DNA of 64,000 bases from Macrostomum hystrix (taxonomy: Eukaryota > Animalia > Platyhelminthes), in contig CATNEN010000039.1 in the NCBI GenBank assembly GCA_950097015.1, positions 18,910,001 through 18,974,000 of the forward strand, given 5' to 3'. Under the pieces are notes generated by a model that was not told the origin of the DNA, did not search any database, and worked only from the letters and a program-made list of their open reading frames with translations. A program made the translations under genes and the position numbers. Of this stretch, positions 12,641 to 23,425 are shown one piece after another. Numbering within the stretch: the stretch's first letter is position 1; the number at the start of each line of letters is the position of its first letter.

Positions 12641-12790
12641 CATTACCAAATTTGGCAATCTAGGCAAGATCTCACAAGCTGAGAAGGAGCGCGCAGATTT
12701 CCAAATTTGGTAATCCACGCACTCGCCAAGCCGATAGGGGTGGTGCTGGACGGGCGGGAGTTTTGAGCGCGCGTCGATTTCCTAATAAGG
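12641..12790 (-). promoter_or_regulatory. Actin promoter with three perfect CArG (SRF) boxes
   Basis: CCAAATTTGG at 12646-12655 and 12701-12710 and CCTAATAAGG at 12781-12790, 165-310 bp upstream of the actin ATG. Confidence 0.85.
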
Positions 12791-14029
12791 CAATCTTCTC
12801 CCGCTGACCCCCACCCCACACCCGGCGGCCGCCACCCATAGGGCTTTATAGTATATTCTTCTATACTAAACTAAATGCGCAAATTATGTCTATGTGTCTA
12901 TAGACAGTGACTATGTGAGCGGTCTCACCTTGTGTTTAGCATTTCATTCATTTAAACTACTTCTCTGCCCTTAAGATTCGAATAATCTAGATGTGACACT
13001 TGTGGTCTCGGCGGGCGTGGCTTTCTATCTATTTTGCAGTTTACGTAAACAAGTTGGCAATTCTCACTTAGCTAAATAATCGCCTGTTTTTAACAGAAAA
13101 GGAGAGAAAACCAGGACCAGGTAGCATGAAATTAGCAATCTTGTTTTCGCATATTTATTCAGGCTACGTGGCAGAATAAATCGCTTGAATTTCCTTCCTA
13201 GTTTCTTCTGTATTCTCATTGCTAAAGAATGCAAACAAAGCTAACCAATATTTAATGGGATGAAGTAATTTAAATAAAAACGCAGAAAATCGTTTTTTTT
13301 AGTGTTTGTAAGAATCTAATTATGGCCTTAATAGCATTATCTAATAAGTCAAATCTAATAAGATCGACGTCAGAAATTTGTCCATCTGAATCATGACGCA
13401 TTTATGAAAACTTGTCAGCTCGTCTTAAAAATCTGGAATTAAAAACAACCTGAAATAAATATGACTCAGTGCGACATAAGTTCGTCACGGTTCTATATTC
13501 TATTCGTCATCAAACCTCGTCATTATTGCCCAGTCATTCCTTTAAGCACAAGCGCACGCGCACACAGATCTTGAACGCATTCCTGCGAATGAGTAAGGCT
13601 GTGTACGCCATGGACCCACCCGACTGAACTAAATAATGTAAGAGGAGCAGCATTACTCACCCCAGAGTGGCAAGTCATAATTACGGGCCTGGAAAAGTGT
13701 CGAATCACGCAAGACAATCCTGGTTGGTTGGCCCATCGGGTGTATCTACCGAGATTGACGAATAACGAAAAAGCATTCGCGGTGTTTTCTACTTTAAGTA
13801 GCTGAATCGGGATAGATTTTCCGCATTTTTAAAATTTTGTCTAGAGCATTCAATCAAGCTTCAGAGAATTTTAATTATAGGATTGTAAAATCTTAAAAGG
13901 GAAAATATATAGAAAGCACCTTTTCAACAGGTTAGACATTTGGTACTGATACTGATATCCATACATTTTTCGGCTGGATAAACTTCAAGCCCTATAGGAT
14001 GTGTGTCTTCTCCCAATCACTGCTCTCCC

Positions 14030-14720
14030 AATTCACTCCTCTCCTCTGCTCCGATTCACTCCTCTCCCTGCTCCGATTCACTCCTCTCCCTGCTCCGATT
14101 CACTCCTCTCCCTGCTCCGATTCACTCCTCTCCCTGCTCCGATTCACTCCTCTCCCTGCTCCGATTCACTCCTCTGCCTGCTCCCATTCACTCCTCTGCC
14201 TGCTCCCATTCACTCCCCCCCAGCTCCCATTCACTCCTCTGCCTGCTCCCATTCACTCTGCTCCCATTCACTCTGCTCCCATTCACTCTGCTCCCATTCA
14301 CTCTGCTCCCATTCACTCTGCTCCCATTCACTCTGCTCCCATTCACTCTGCTCCCATTCACTCTGCTCCCATTCACTCTGCTCCCATTCACTCTGCTCCC
14401 ATTCACTCTGCTCCCATTCACTCTGCTCCCATTCACTCTGCTCCCATTCACTCTGCTCCCATTCACTCTGCTCCCATTCACTCTGCTCCCATTCACTCTG
14501 CTCCCATTCACTCTGCTCCCATTCACTCTGCTCCCATTCACTCTGCTCCCATTCACTCTGCTCCCATTCACTCTGCTCCCATTCACTCTGCTCCCATTCA
14601 CTCTGCTCCCATTCACTCTGCTCCCATTCACTCTGCTCCCATTCACTCTGCTCCCATTCACTCTGCTCCCATTCACTCTGCTCCCATTCACTCTGCTCCC
14701 ATTCACTCTACTCCCATTCA
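14030..14720. repeat. Minisatellite: 22-bp units followed by a near-perfect 15-bp array (ATTCACTCTGCTCCC)
   Basis: Direct reading; explains the ORFs at 13999-14914 and 14188-14721. Confidence 0.95.
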
Positions 14721-14740
14721 CAATGCTCTTGCGGCTGATG

Positions 14741-15193
14741 ACCGCGGCTAGCAGCAGCTCGCTGGAGAAGATCTACGAGCTGCCCGACGGTCAGGTCATC
14801 ACCATCGGCAACGAGCGCTTCCGCTGCCCGGAGGCCCTGTTCCAGCCATTGATGCACGATATGGAGTCGTGTGGCGTCCACATGATAATTTACAATAGAT
14901 TCTATAGGCTGTGATTTAGACGTCCGAAGGGACTTGTACGCCAGCATCGTGTTTTCTGGTGGTACCACAATGCTTCGAGAGGTATGGCGGATAGAATAAG
15001 AAGGAGATCATTGCCCTGGCACCTGCTGACATGAGGACTCAAGTTATAAGCGCTCCGGAGCGCCGTTGTTCCGTCTGGATCGGTGGATCCTGGATCCATC
15101 ATGACCTCTCTGAGCTCTTTCCAATCTATGTGGATTTCAAAGCGCGAGTGTTTTGAAAGCGGTCCGAGCATTCTAAATTGAAGATGTTTTTAA
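14741..15193 (+). pseudogene. Actin pseudogene fragment (C-terminal ~40%)
   Basis: [36 protein letters not shown] followed by frameshifted remnants of CDxDxRxDLYA, SGGTTM, KEIxALAP, APER.SVWIGGS, MWISK and ending in RCF*. Confidence 0.93.
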
Positions 15194-15329
15194 GATAATG
15201 CATATTTGTTGTTGGTGTTTTCAATAGAGCTTTTATCATTTTTTGCATGTTTACACAGTATTTTATCGAGTTGTTTTTTTAGCCGCATATTTCACCTCTA
15301 ATTCTCATGAAATTTATTAATCACCCATG

Positions 15330-15790
15330 TATTCCATTCGATGAAGCTCGTCTACATGCGATGTCGTGGAGTGATAATAGTTCTCTTAGTGTTATATTTC
15401 AAAGCTCATTCTACGAATTTTTACTGAAGGCATAGGAGTTAACTTTACTATACGAGTATGTGGCCGTACGAAAACTATACGCACAGAAGTAAAATGAAAT
15501 ATTCAGCGCAACATTTAAGAGTTGTGCTGAGTTGTTGTCCAGTCAAACAAGCGGGAGTTAAGTAAGGCGATCGATTATAGTTTCGAGCATCTGTTCAGTT
15601 CTACCGGATCGTACGCAAACCTCTGCTAATACCCCTTCATGATGAACCTTCTGCTAAAAGAAGTTAGTCTGCAGTTAAGAGAAGTAGCAGCAAGTGCGAA
15701 TCTCATGCGCTGGCCATTCCGATCTCCAATGCAAGTTGAACCCAATTGAAAATGCCAGGGTTACCTTAAGCGCTTGATTCGGATAGACAA
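15330..15790 (+). mobile_element. Decayed Tc1/mariner transposase relic
   Basis: Broken-frame motifs F-D-E-A-R (~15337) and W-P-F-R-S-P / L-N-P-I-E-N-A...Y-L-K-R (15711-15775) match the Tc1 FSDE and WPxxSPDLNPIENxW motifs. No TIRs found. Confidence 0.5.
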
Positions 15791-17672
15791 CGGCCTACAC
15801 AATGCCTATCGTCGTCGAGTTGCTCAGTACTATCTCTTTCTGGCATGTGGCCACAGTTCCTTCACCCGTACAACAATCCAACGTCAAGCAGAACTTTCCC
15901 GATGTCACTGACATCCATCGAGGTCGATGGCAAATAGGAACCTTTACATTGCGCTGAAATCAGGCGAAAAAATAAAAATATGCTAAATTAGCTTTGAAAG
16001 GCGATCATGCGGATTGAACGTCGGTGTAATAAAATAGTTTCCATTTGCCATCGGCAAGGGGTCAAGATCTTCTGCGGCGCCTCGTTTTTAGGATGCCTTG
16101 TCGTGTGAACGCTCTGTTAAGTAGCGCGCTCGAGGTTCTATCACACGTTGTTGGCTATTATTTTGAATTTAAATTATGACGGCCTATAAGATAAACAGAA
16201 AAAAGTTATAGCTCTGTCCGTACAATAGTCCTTTGAAAAAAAACTTAAAAGATGCAGAATCAGCTTGAACTGCAAACGTCCACTGAAAATCGGTGCAATG
16301 TGAAATTTTCACCGATTTTCTGGATGGCGAATGGCGGAACACACGTCGGATGGTTCGATTGTTAAATTACTACACTGAGTTTCTTACACATTGGCCACCA
16401 TTTACCCCCTGTGCTTTTTCTTTTGCTTGCTTCAGTTTAGTTTGTTTGTCTCTGGCCAAAAAATATTTTTTTGTGCCCGTGTAAAGCTGGAAAATTTTTA
16501 ATCTTGCCGAGTGTATAGCTCCTATATATAAATATACATAATATGCTCACTTTATGAAAAGTATCTTCATCCCAACAAATGTTTATTTTTTTACTGAATA
16601 CGATGACAAAATAAAATACAATTGAAAGTAAAATGCAATTAAAAGTAACAAAGAGAATACTTAAAAAATAAAACCTAAAAAGCAGCAGAGTTTGCATTTA
16701 TTTTTACTTTTTTCTTATAACAGAAGTAGAAACACGCGTGCATTTAAAGCTTCTTTTCTAACCATTTTCTTGAAGTATCGATCTCTCTTACTGCAAAGCA
16801 GCTAAGCATATGAGTAGCATTGGGTTGGCGGTTGTTAAATAGTTTACTTTAATCTAGATCAAGGTACCAGAACGCAAATCAGATCTGACCTTAAACTGGA
16901 GTTCAATTTTTGTTTTCTGTTAAATACTGATTTTACATAAACCAAAAGTAGTTAAATAGTATTTAAATATAGATACCAGTGCGCTTCAAAGAGAATTTTA
17001 ATTTAGGCCTACTCACTGGTAGGTCAAACATTTGCATTCTTTTCAAATCATTTGTTAAACAGTTTTTCTGAAAATTTTTATTTCAAATCAATGCGACAAC
17101 TTGGAATTTCAACCATTAAGGTTGTTTTTTTGCATTTGACAAACTGCTTCTGGGCCTGGGGTTCTGGGCAACTTGTCTGTGGCAAATGTTAAGTGTGGGG
17201 GTGATAAAAGCAAAATTGTTGACATGCTTGGGAGTGTCTATGGCCAAAAAGGATGAGCTGATTAATGGGAGGGGAAGTATTAGCACATCTTCTGTATTCT
17301 GCTAATATGCTCTACTAATTTTCTACTGTTAACTAACACACACTCAAAGTCTATTAATACCATGCTAGGAGGCCACCTGGCAGAACTGTCATTTATTGTG
17401 GATCCCAAATCCCTTATTGTTTTCTGTGCTAGAATTTGTACACAATTTGTGTCAAGAGATTTGACACTCATCTTATGCTTGTTTCATTTTTTCCCATTGT
17501 TTAAAAATAATTTCCTAGGCCTAATGTTTTCACATAAAAAAATTAAACTTGTCACAGAAACAGTTAAACAAACAATTCTAAAAGAATGCCTAATTAATTA
17601 ATTAATTAATTTTCTCTAATTAATATGAATGATTTCTTTATTGATTGCTGCTAAGCAATAATATAAATAAAA

Positions 17673-17795
17673 GGCAGTGCTTAATAATAAGCTATCTCGT
17701 CAGTGTGCCGTGTGGATAAGCAGGAAATTATTCCCACTGTACCGTAGGAATAAGACAAAAATTATTTCTATGGTACTGTGGGGATAAGCACTGCC
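17673..17795. mobile_element. 123-bp MITE with 9-bp TSD (Mutator-like by TSD length)
   Basis: TIR GGCAGTGCTTA / TAAGCACTGCC. TAAATAAAA on both sides (17664-17672; 17796-17804). Confidence 0.75.
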
Positions 17796-18516
17796 TAAAT
17801 AAAAATATATCTTAGGCCTACTGGGTTTAGTGTTTTCATTATTTTAGCAAGTTTACATTTATTCATTTTAGTCATTTATTTTGATTACTAGGCTAACTAA
17901 CATTTTTTGTTATAATGTATCAACCATCATTATTTGATCTTTGGGATTGAGAACTGCCTTTGAGTAAAGTGAATAGCTTTTTTAACTCATGTTTGCTCTG
18001 TCACATGACAGAATTCTTACAAAAATGTTGTTATGCTTCAAAACTTTCTTTACAAATTACCAAAAAGGCAACTATACAAATTCTTGAAATGGCATAGTAC
18101 ACTTGAATATATAAACACTAAGTAAAGTAGAACAATAATAAATTCATATATTATTACATGGTTTTGTATAATTTTTCTATGTGCAGTTAGTTGCAATATT
18201 AGTTTTCAGCATTCAAAAGTCATTAAATTGGACTGTTGCATGCTATTTCAATTTTCATAATTCTGTTTGTTATTTTAAACATTTTGACATTTATTTGAGG
18301 CCTTATGCTTTAATAAAGCTGTCAGTAATTTCAGTAGAGTGCCTCTAGTTGTCACCAAATGACTTGAACCATGGTTTGTATGGCCTATAGTTATAGCTAT
18401 TAAAGGAGCAATATTAGGACAGGGATTGTTAAAGAGTAGGCCTACTGAAACCCTACTCAATTTAAAGTTAGGCTGAATATGCAGAGAATGTACACTTACA
18501 AAGTCATCTGTTGCTG

Positions 18517-18766
18517 CATACATGCGCAACACCCGGCCGACCCGGCCAAACTCGCCCGGTGAAACAAGGGCCAAGCCACGTAAGTCGCAAAAAACCAATC
18601 AACCAAGCGCAAAAAATCAAAGGGGGACCAAGGGACAAAAAAGGAAGGCGTGAAGAAAAGGAAAAAGGGGAGAGAAAAAGAGAGCAAATGAGAGCAAACT
18701 AAGTCATAAATAGAGCAAAAACTAAGTGGCACGGCTGGCTAAGATTTGGGAGGTTGCACATGTATG
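18517..18766. mobile_element. 250-bp hAT-like MITE
   Basis: TIR CATACATGCGCAAC / GTTGCACATGTATG (one mismatch). Perfect 8-bp TSD TGTTGCTG (18509-18516; 18767-18774). Confidence 0.85.
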
Positions 18767-19126
18767 TGTTGCTGTATATGATTTACCCATGGGGCACCCC
18801 TTTGAAAGAAAGGGGTGCATGCATGGATGTATCCTCACTATGTTTTTATATCTGCCCTGTTGCATAATCCTGTGCCCCAAATAAATGTGCCCTTGTGTAA
18901 GAATTAAGTTTAGGGACATTGTGCCCAAGGCAAATTCACATTAAAACTCGCATTCAACCCACTATAATCAGAGTTAGAATGCAACTTATATTGTGCAAAT
19001 TTGTACACAACATGACTAAAAAGTGTAATATATGCATAAATTTTCTAGCTTTGCTGCCATTCCAAGTAGAATCTTGTTTGATTTCCTAACACCAAAGCCG
19101 ACAGACAAGCCCTAAAAGCTACCACA

Positions 19127-19333
19127 ATGTCTGGCCATCGCGAAGAACAAGTCGCCAGACTGAAGCGCGAACTAGACGATATGAAGCGGCAATGCTATCT
19201 GCAGCGCTTGAAGACTTCCGCCACAATCTCCGACATTATTCAGTACATCAATACTCACAGTCAGGAAGATCCGCTGCTCCATCCAGCCAAGGATAATCCG
19301 TTTAATCCTAAGAAATCCTGTGAGCTACTGTAG
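19127..19333 (+). CDS. Heterotrimeric G-protein gamma subunit, 68 aa
   Basis: GGL pattern R.KTS..I.DII.YI......DPLL....DNPF and C-terminal CaaX box CELL. Confidence 0.93.
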   Translation: MSGHREEQVARLKRELDDMKRQCYLQRLKTSATISDIIQYINTHSQEDPLLHPAKDNPFNPKKSCELL

Positions 19334-20027
19334 CTTTGTTGCTATCTGAAATGTGACATTTCAATTTTCAAACTGGATTTTTAAACAGTTATTGCACCCA
19401 AATTTATCATTCGATTGTGAAACTTTTTATCAACTATTTCCAATTCATAAGCGCTGTCTAAATGCTCTGCCAATTGTCCAGTTGGTGCTGTCAAAACAAG
19501 GTGCTGTTAAATATTTATTATTTAGTTTATCTACTCCGCGACTACTTCCATTATTGCAGTGTTTTTCTTCGAAAATGTTTCTTCTCATTACTTATTTTGC
19601 TTTTCCAGCATCAAAAATATTAGCTATATATTTAGCGTACTGCTATCGCTAATTGTAGAACAGCATAATTATGCTGGTTTATCATCGAAGACCTCTCACA
19701 GGTTTCCTATTCTAGCTCGCACAGTATTTAGTAGTATGTTACGCATGTTTACTATTAGCCTCGTACATTTTAATGCTAAATCCAGTTTGTAATAAGAATT
19801 AATATTTTAGTTACAAAATAATTTTCCTATTATTGTTCTACTCTGACACTGTAACTAGCTATTAGATCAAAGCAAGTAAGCAAGTAGAAGCCTTATTATC
19901 AAACTCTAATTTAATTTTCTTTATTATTATTACTCTCCGAGCTAGACTTTTTATTACCTAGCTATGATATGCATTCTACCACTGTTGACTTATGCCTTCT
20001 TGATTTTGTAGTGCTAGGTCAAGCTTC

Positions 20028-20350
20028 TGATCAATGACCCAATGATTACAATCTATGATCAATGACCCAATGCCTTACAATCTATGATCCATGACCCAAT
20101 GCCTTACAATCTATGATCAATGACCCAATGCCTTACAATCTATGATCCATGACCCAATGCCTTACAATCTATGATCCATGACCCAATGCCTTATAATCTA
20201 TGATCCATGACCCAATGCATTATAATCTATGATTCCTGACCCAAAGCCTTCTAATGTATGATCCATGACCCAAAGCCTTCTAATGTATGATCCATAACCC
20301 GAAAGCCTTATAATAATTTTTGACACATGACCCTATGATTTCATACCCAA
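20028..20350. repeat. ~29-bp minisatellite (TGATCCATGACCCAATGCCTTACAATCTA)
   Basis: Direct reading. Confidence 0.9.
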
Positions 20351-20449
20351 TGCCCTATTAGGCATGACAAGTAACCCAAAGTTTAATAGCCTATTACCCA
20401 CGTCATAGGCCCTGCGACGCGTCATAAAGCATACATCATAAAGGTCGTC

Positions 20450-20510
20450 ATTTGCAACCAGTTATCAATTAATCAAGCATAAACTTGATTAATTGGTAAT
20501 GGTTGCAAAT
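20450..20510. other. 61-nt near-perfect hairpin
   Basis: ATTTGCAACCAGTTATCAATTAATCAAG-CATAAA-CTTGATTAATTGGTAATGGTTGCAAAT: 27 pairs (one G:U), one bulge, 6-nt loop. Confidence 0.8.
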
Positions 20511-20564
20511 TGTAATTGTTGCAATTTTTATTATTTCCCCACGTCCTCTAACCCATTTACCTAG

Positions 20565-22026
20565 GACGCGAGCGCCCTCGGCTCGCTAAAATCTCTGGCC
20601 GATCGGGCCGAAACGCGTCAATCGGTTGCTAAGGACGCCAGCCTGCTAGGCGGCCTAGTGCTGCTGCTTAGCAACGAGCGTCGAGAAATAGCCGCAGCCG
20701 CTGTTGACATCCTGCTGACGCTGGGCCGTGACGATGCCTGCCGGCCGCTGCTTCGGGCCTGCCCCGGCGTCGAGTCGCAGTCTCGCGAGCTGCTATCGCG
20801 GGCTAGGTACTCCAGCGATGCCTACCTGGCTAAGCAAGCACAGCGGCTCTGTCAGTGCCTGCGCAGGCCGAAGGCTTCTGTGACAACGGCTGCAGCCGAG
20901 GATGGCATTGCCAGCGGCGACGGTGGTGGACGCGACTCCCGCCTAGTCGTGCTGCAGCTGGATGGCATGGATCCAGAGGCTGATGTTGAAGCATGCAGGT
21001 TGGTCGCCTGTTAAGCTTGTGTGTAGATATTATTATCTTCAACTGCGGCAGGGAATCTACCATCCTTAAATCTCATCCCAGATCCCCTAATCTCATAATA
21101 GATCCCCTAATCTCATAATAGATCCCCTAATCTCATCCTAGATCCCCTAATCTCATCCTAGATCCCCTAATCTCATTCTAGATCCTCTAATCTTAAACTA
21201 GATCCCTAATCTCATCCTAGATCCCCTAATCTCATTCTAGATCCCCTAATCTCATCCCCTAATCCCCTAATATCTTCAACTTCAGCATGGAATCCACGAT
21301 CCTTTAATCTTAATTCCAGATTCCCTAATCCCTTACCGAATCCCTAAATTTCATTAGATTCCCTAATCATGTTCTAACTATCCCCTAATCTTTTTTAAGT
21401 CCTCTAACACTAATCCCGTATTAATTATCCCCTAATCCCATACTAGATCCCTTAATCTGTACGCAAAAAATACCTATTCTAATTGATCCCTGCTCCCGTT
21501 CCGAATCCCTAATATCGCATCCAATCACACTAGTTTCATTTCATGCTATAAATCCTATTCCAAATCCCAACTACCCGTCTCTCACCCCACGGTTGCCTCT
21601 CTTCCACAACGCAGGCGTGCCCTGGTCAGCATTCGCGGCGTAATCAGCGTCACCTTCAGCTTAGCCTGCCGACGCGTCTTTCTGCGCATTCGTCGCACTG
21701 TCGCCCTAGCAACCGTTGCCGAGTTCCTGACCGGCGCCTGTCCCCACCTCACCGTTCGTCTCGTTATTCGTCGGCGCCAGCGCTCCGGCAACGGTGAGAG
21801 AGGGGATCAGCCGGTTGGTGACGCTGAAACTCTCTGCGAAGTGCCTCCGAAGCAAGCAGGGCCCAACTACCTGTTGAACGACTCGCAGCTCATTCATCCG
21901 GACGGCGAGGCCGACGCTTCGTCTACAGAGCGCGCGCCCAAGTTGCCCAGTCCGGGCGACGCGCGCAGGCGGGCCAGCTGGTTCGCCAAGGCTGCCAACT
22001 TTCTGCACACCTCCCTGTACTGGTAG
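20565..22026 (+). CDS. ARMC1: Armadillo repeat-containing protein 1 orthologue (exons 20565-20998; 21615-22026); initiator Met not in exon
   Basis: DASALGSLKSLADRAETRQSVAKDASLLGGLVLLL, VVLQLDGMD, CR|RALVSIRGVISVTFSL and C-terminal ASWFAKAANFLHTSLYW match ARMC1 (ASWLSTAANFLSRSFYW). Phase-2 intron; 281 codons plus Met. Confidence 0.92.
21070..21460. repeat. Intronic 20-bp minisatellite (GATCCCCTAATCTCATCCTA), decaying 3'
   Basis: Direct reading inside the ARMC1 intron. Confidence 0.85.
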
Positions 22027-22514
22027 CTCTGGCTCGGGAACTATTTTAGCTGCTTCTTTTTTTAAAACCGATTCATGGAGATCGCAAAGCCGATAAAGCT
22101 TTTATAAATACTAAAATAGCCATATTTTTAAAGTACATTTGCTTTTATCAGCCAATCGTCTGCTAAAATACTTTTTTATGCTATTATAGCCATATTGTGG
22201 TGTGCATTTGATGGATTTTCAATCGCATTGTTTTTCTTTCGTAAGTTTCATATTTTCCTAGCTTTGAATGCCTCTGCCAGTGTCTTGATAAAAGCGACTT
22301 ATTCAATTTACGCTGAAAAAAAACTATATAATCGTAATATTATGAACAGCAGCCATTAGAACGGCATTTTATGTGTATCGACAGTGTTTTGTACTTTATT
22401 ATCATTTTTTATGTGTTTAGTCGTAAAACTATGGACAATTACAAGTAGATACATCATTTTCGTTCCCGCTATTAGCAGGTATTTCATAATTTCACAACAT
22501 AAACACTCCCACTG

Positions 22515-23322
22515 CAGCCAGTTCAGCCTTGTCACTAACACAGCCAGTTCAGCCTTGTCACTCTCTTCAGTCTTGTCACTCTCATAACAGCCAGTTCAGT
22601 CTTTCACTCCAATCCAGTTCAGCCTAACAGCCAGTTCAGCCTTGTCACTCCCAGCCAGTTCAGCCTTGTCACTAACAGCCAGTTCAGTCTTGTCACTCCC
22701 AGCCAGTTCAGCCTTGTCACTAACAGCCAGTTCAGTCTTGTCACTCCCAGCCAGTTCAGCCTTGTCACTAACAGCCAGTTCAGTCTTGTCACTAACAGCC
22801 AGTTCAGCCTTGTCACTAACAGCCAGTTCAGCCTTGTCACTAACAGCCAGTTCAGTCTTGTCACTAACAGCCAGTTCAGTCTTGTCACTAACAGCCAGTT
22901 CAGCCTTGTCACTCCCAGCCAGTTCAGCCTTGTCACTAACAGCCAGTTCAGCCTTGTCACTCCCAGCCAGTTCAGCCTTGTCGCTAACAGCCAGTTCAGT
23001 CTTGTCACTCCCAGCCAGTTCAGTCTTGTCACTCCCAGCCAGTTCAGTCTTGTCACTCCCAGCCAGTTCAGTCTTGTCACTAACAGCCAGTTCAGTCTTG
23101 TCACTAACAGCCAGTTCAGCCTTGTCACTAACACAGCCAGTTCAGCCTTGTCACTCTCATAACAGCCAGTTCAGTCTTTCACTCCAATCCAGTTCAGCCT
23201 AACAGCCAGTTCAGCCTTGTCACTCCCAGCCAGTTCAGCCTTGTCACTAACAGCCAGTTCAGTCTTGTCACTCCCAGCCAGTTCAGCCTTGTCACTAACA
23301 GCCAGTTCAGTCTTGTCACTCT
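22515..23322. repeat. 24-bp minisatellite (CAGCCAGTTCAGCCTTGTCACTAA)
   Basis: Direct reading; lies between ARMC1 and the F-box gene. Confidence 0.95.
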
Positions 23323-23425
23323 CAAGGCACTTTCTTGCAACCTAAATTACAACACTGACGCACTAATTTCAGCCTCGACATAAAAAATAAACAATTTAGC
23401 ATCAACAGCGTCAAAAAAGGAAGTT

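Noticed and set aside
13999-14914. Repeat-actin fusion ORF (303 aa)
   Set aside because: Minisatellite frame running by chance into the actin pseudogene; no ATG at its start (TTG/GTG-type track start) and frameshifts follow.
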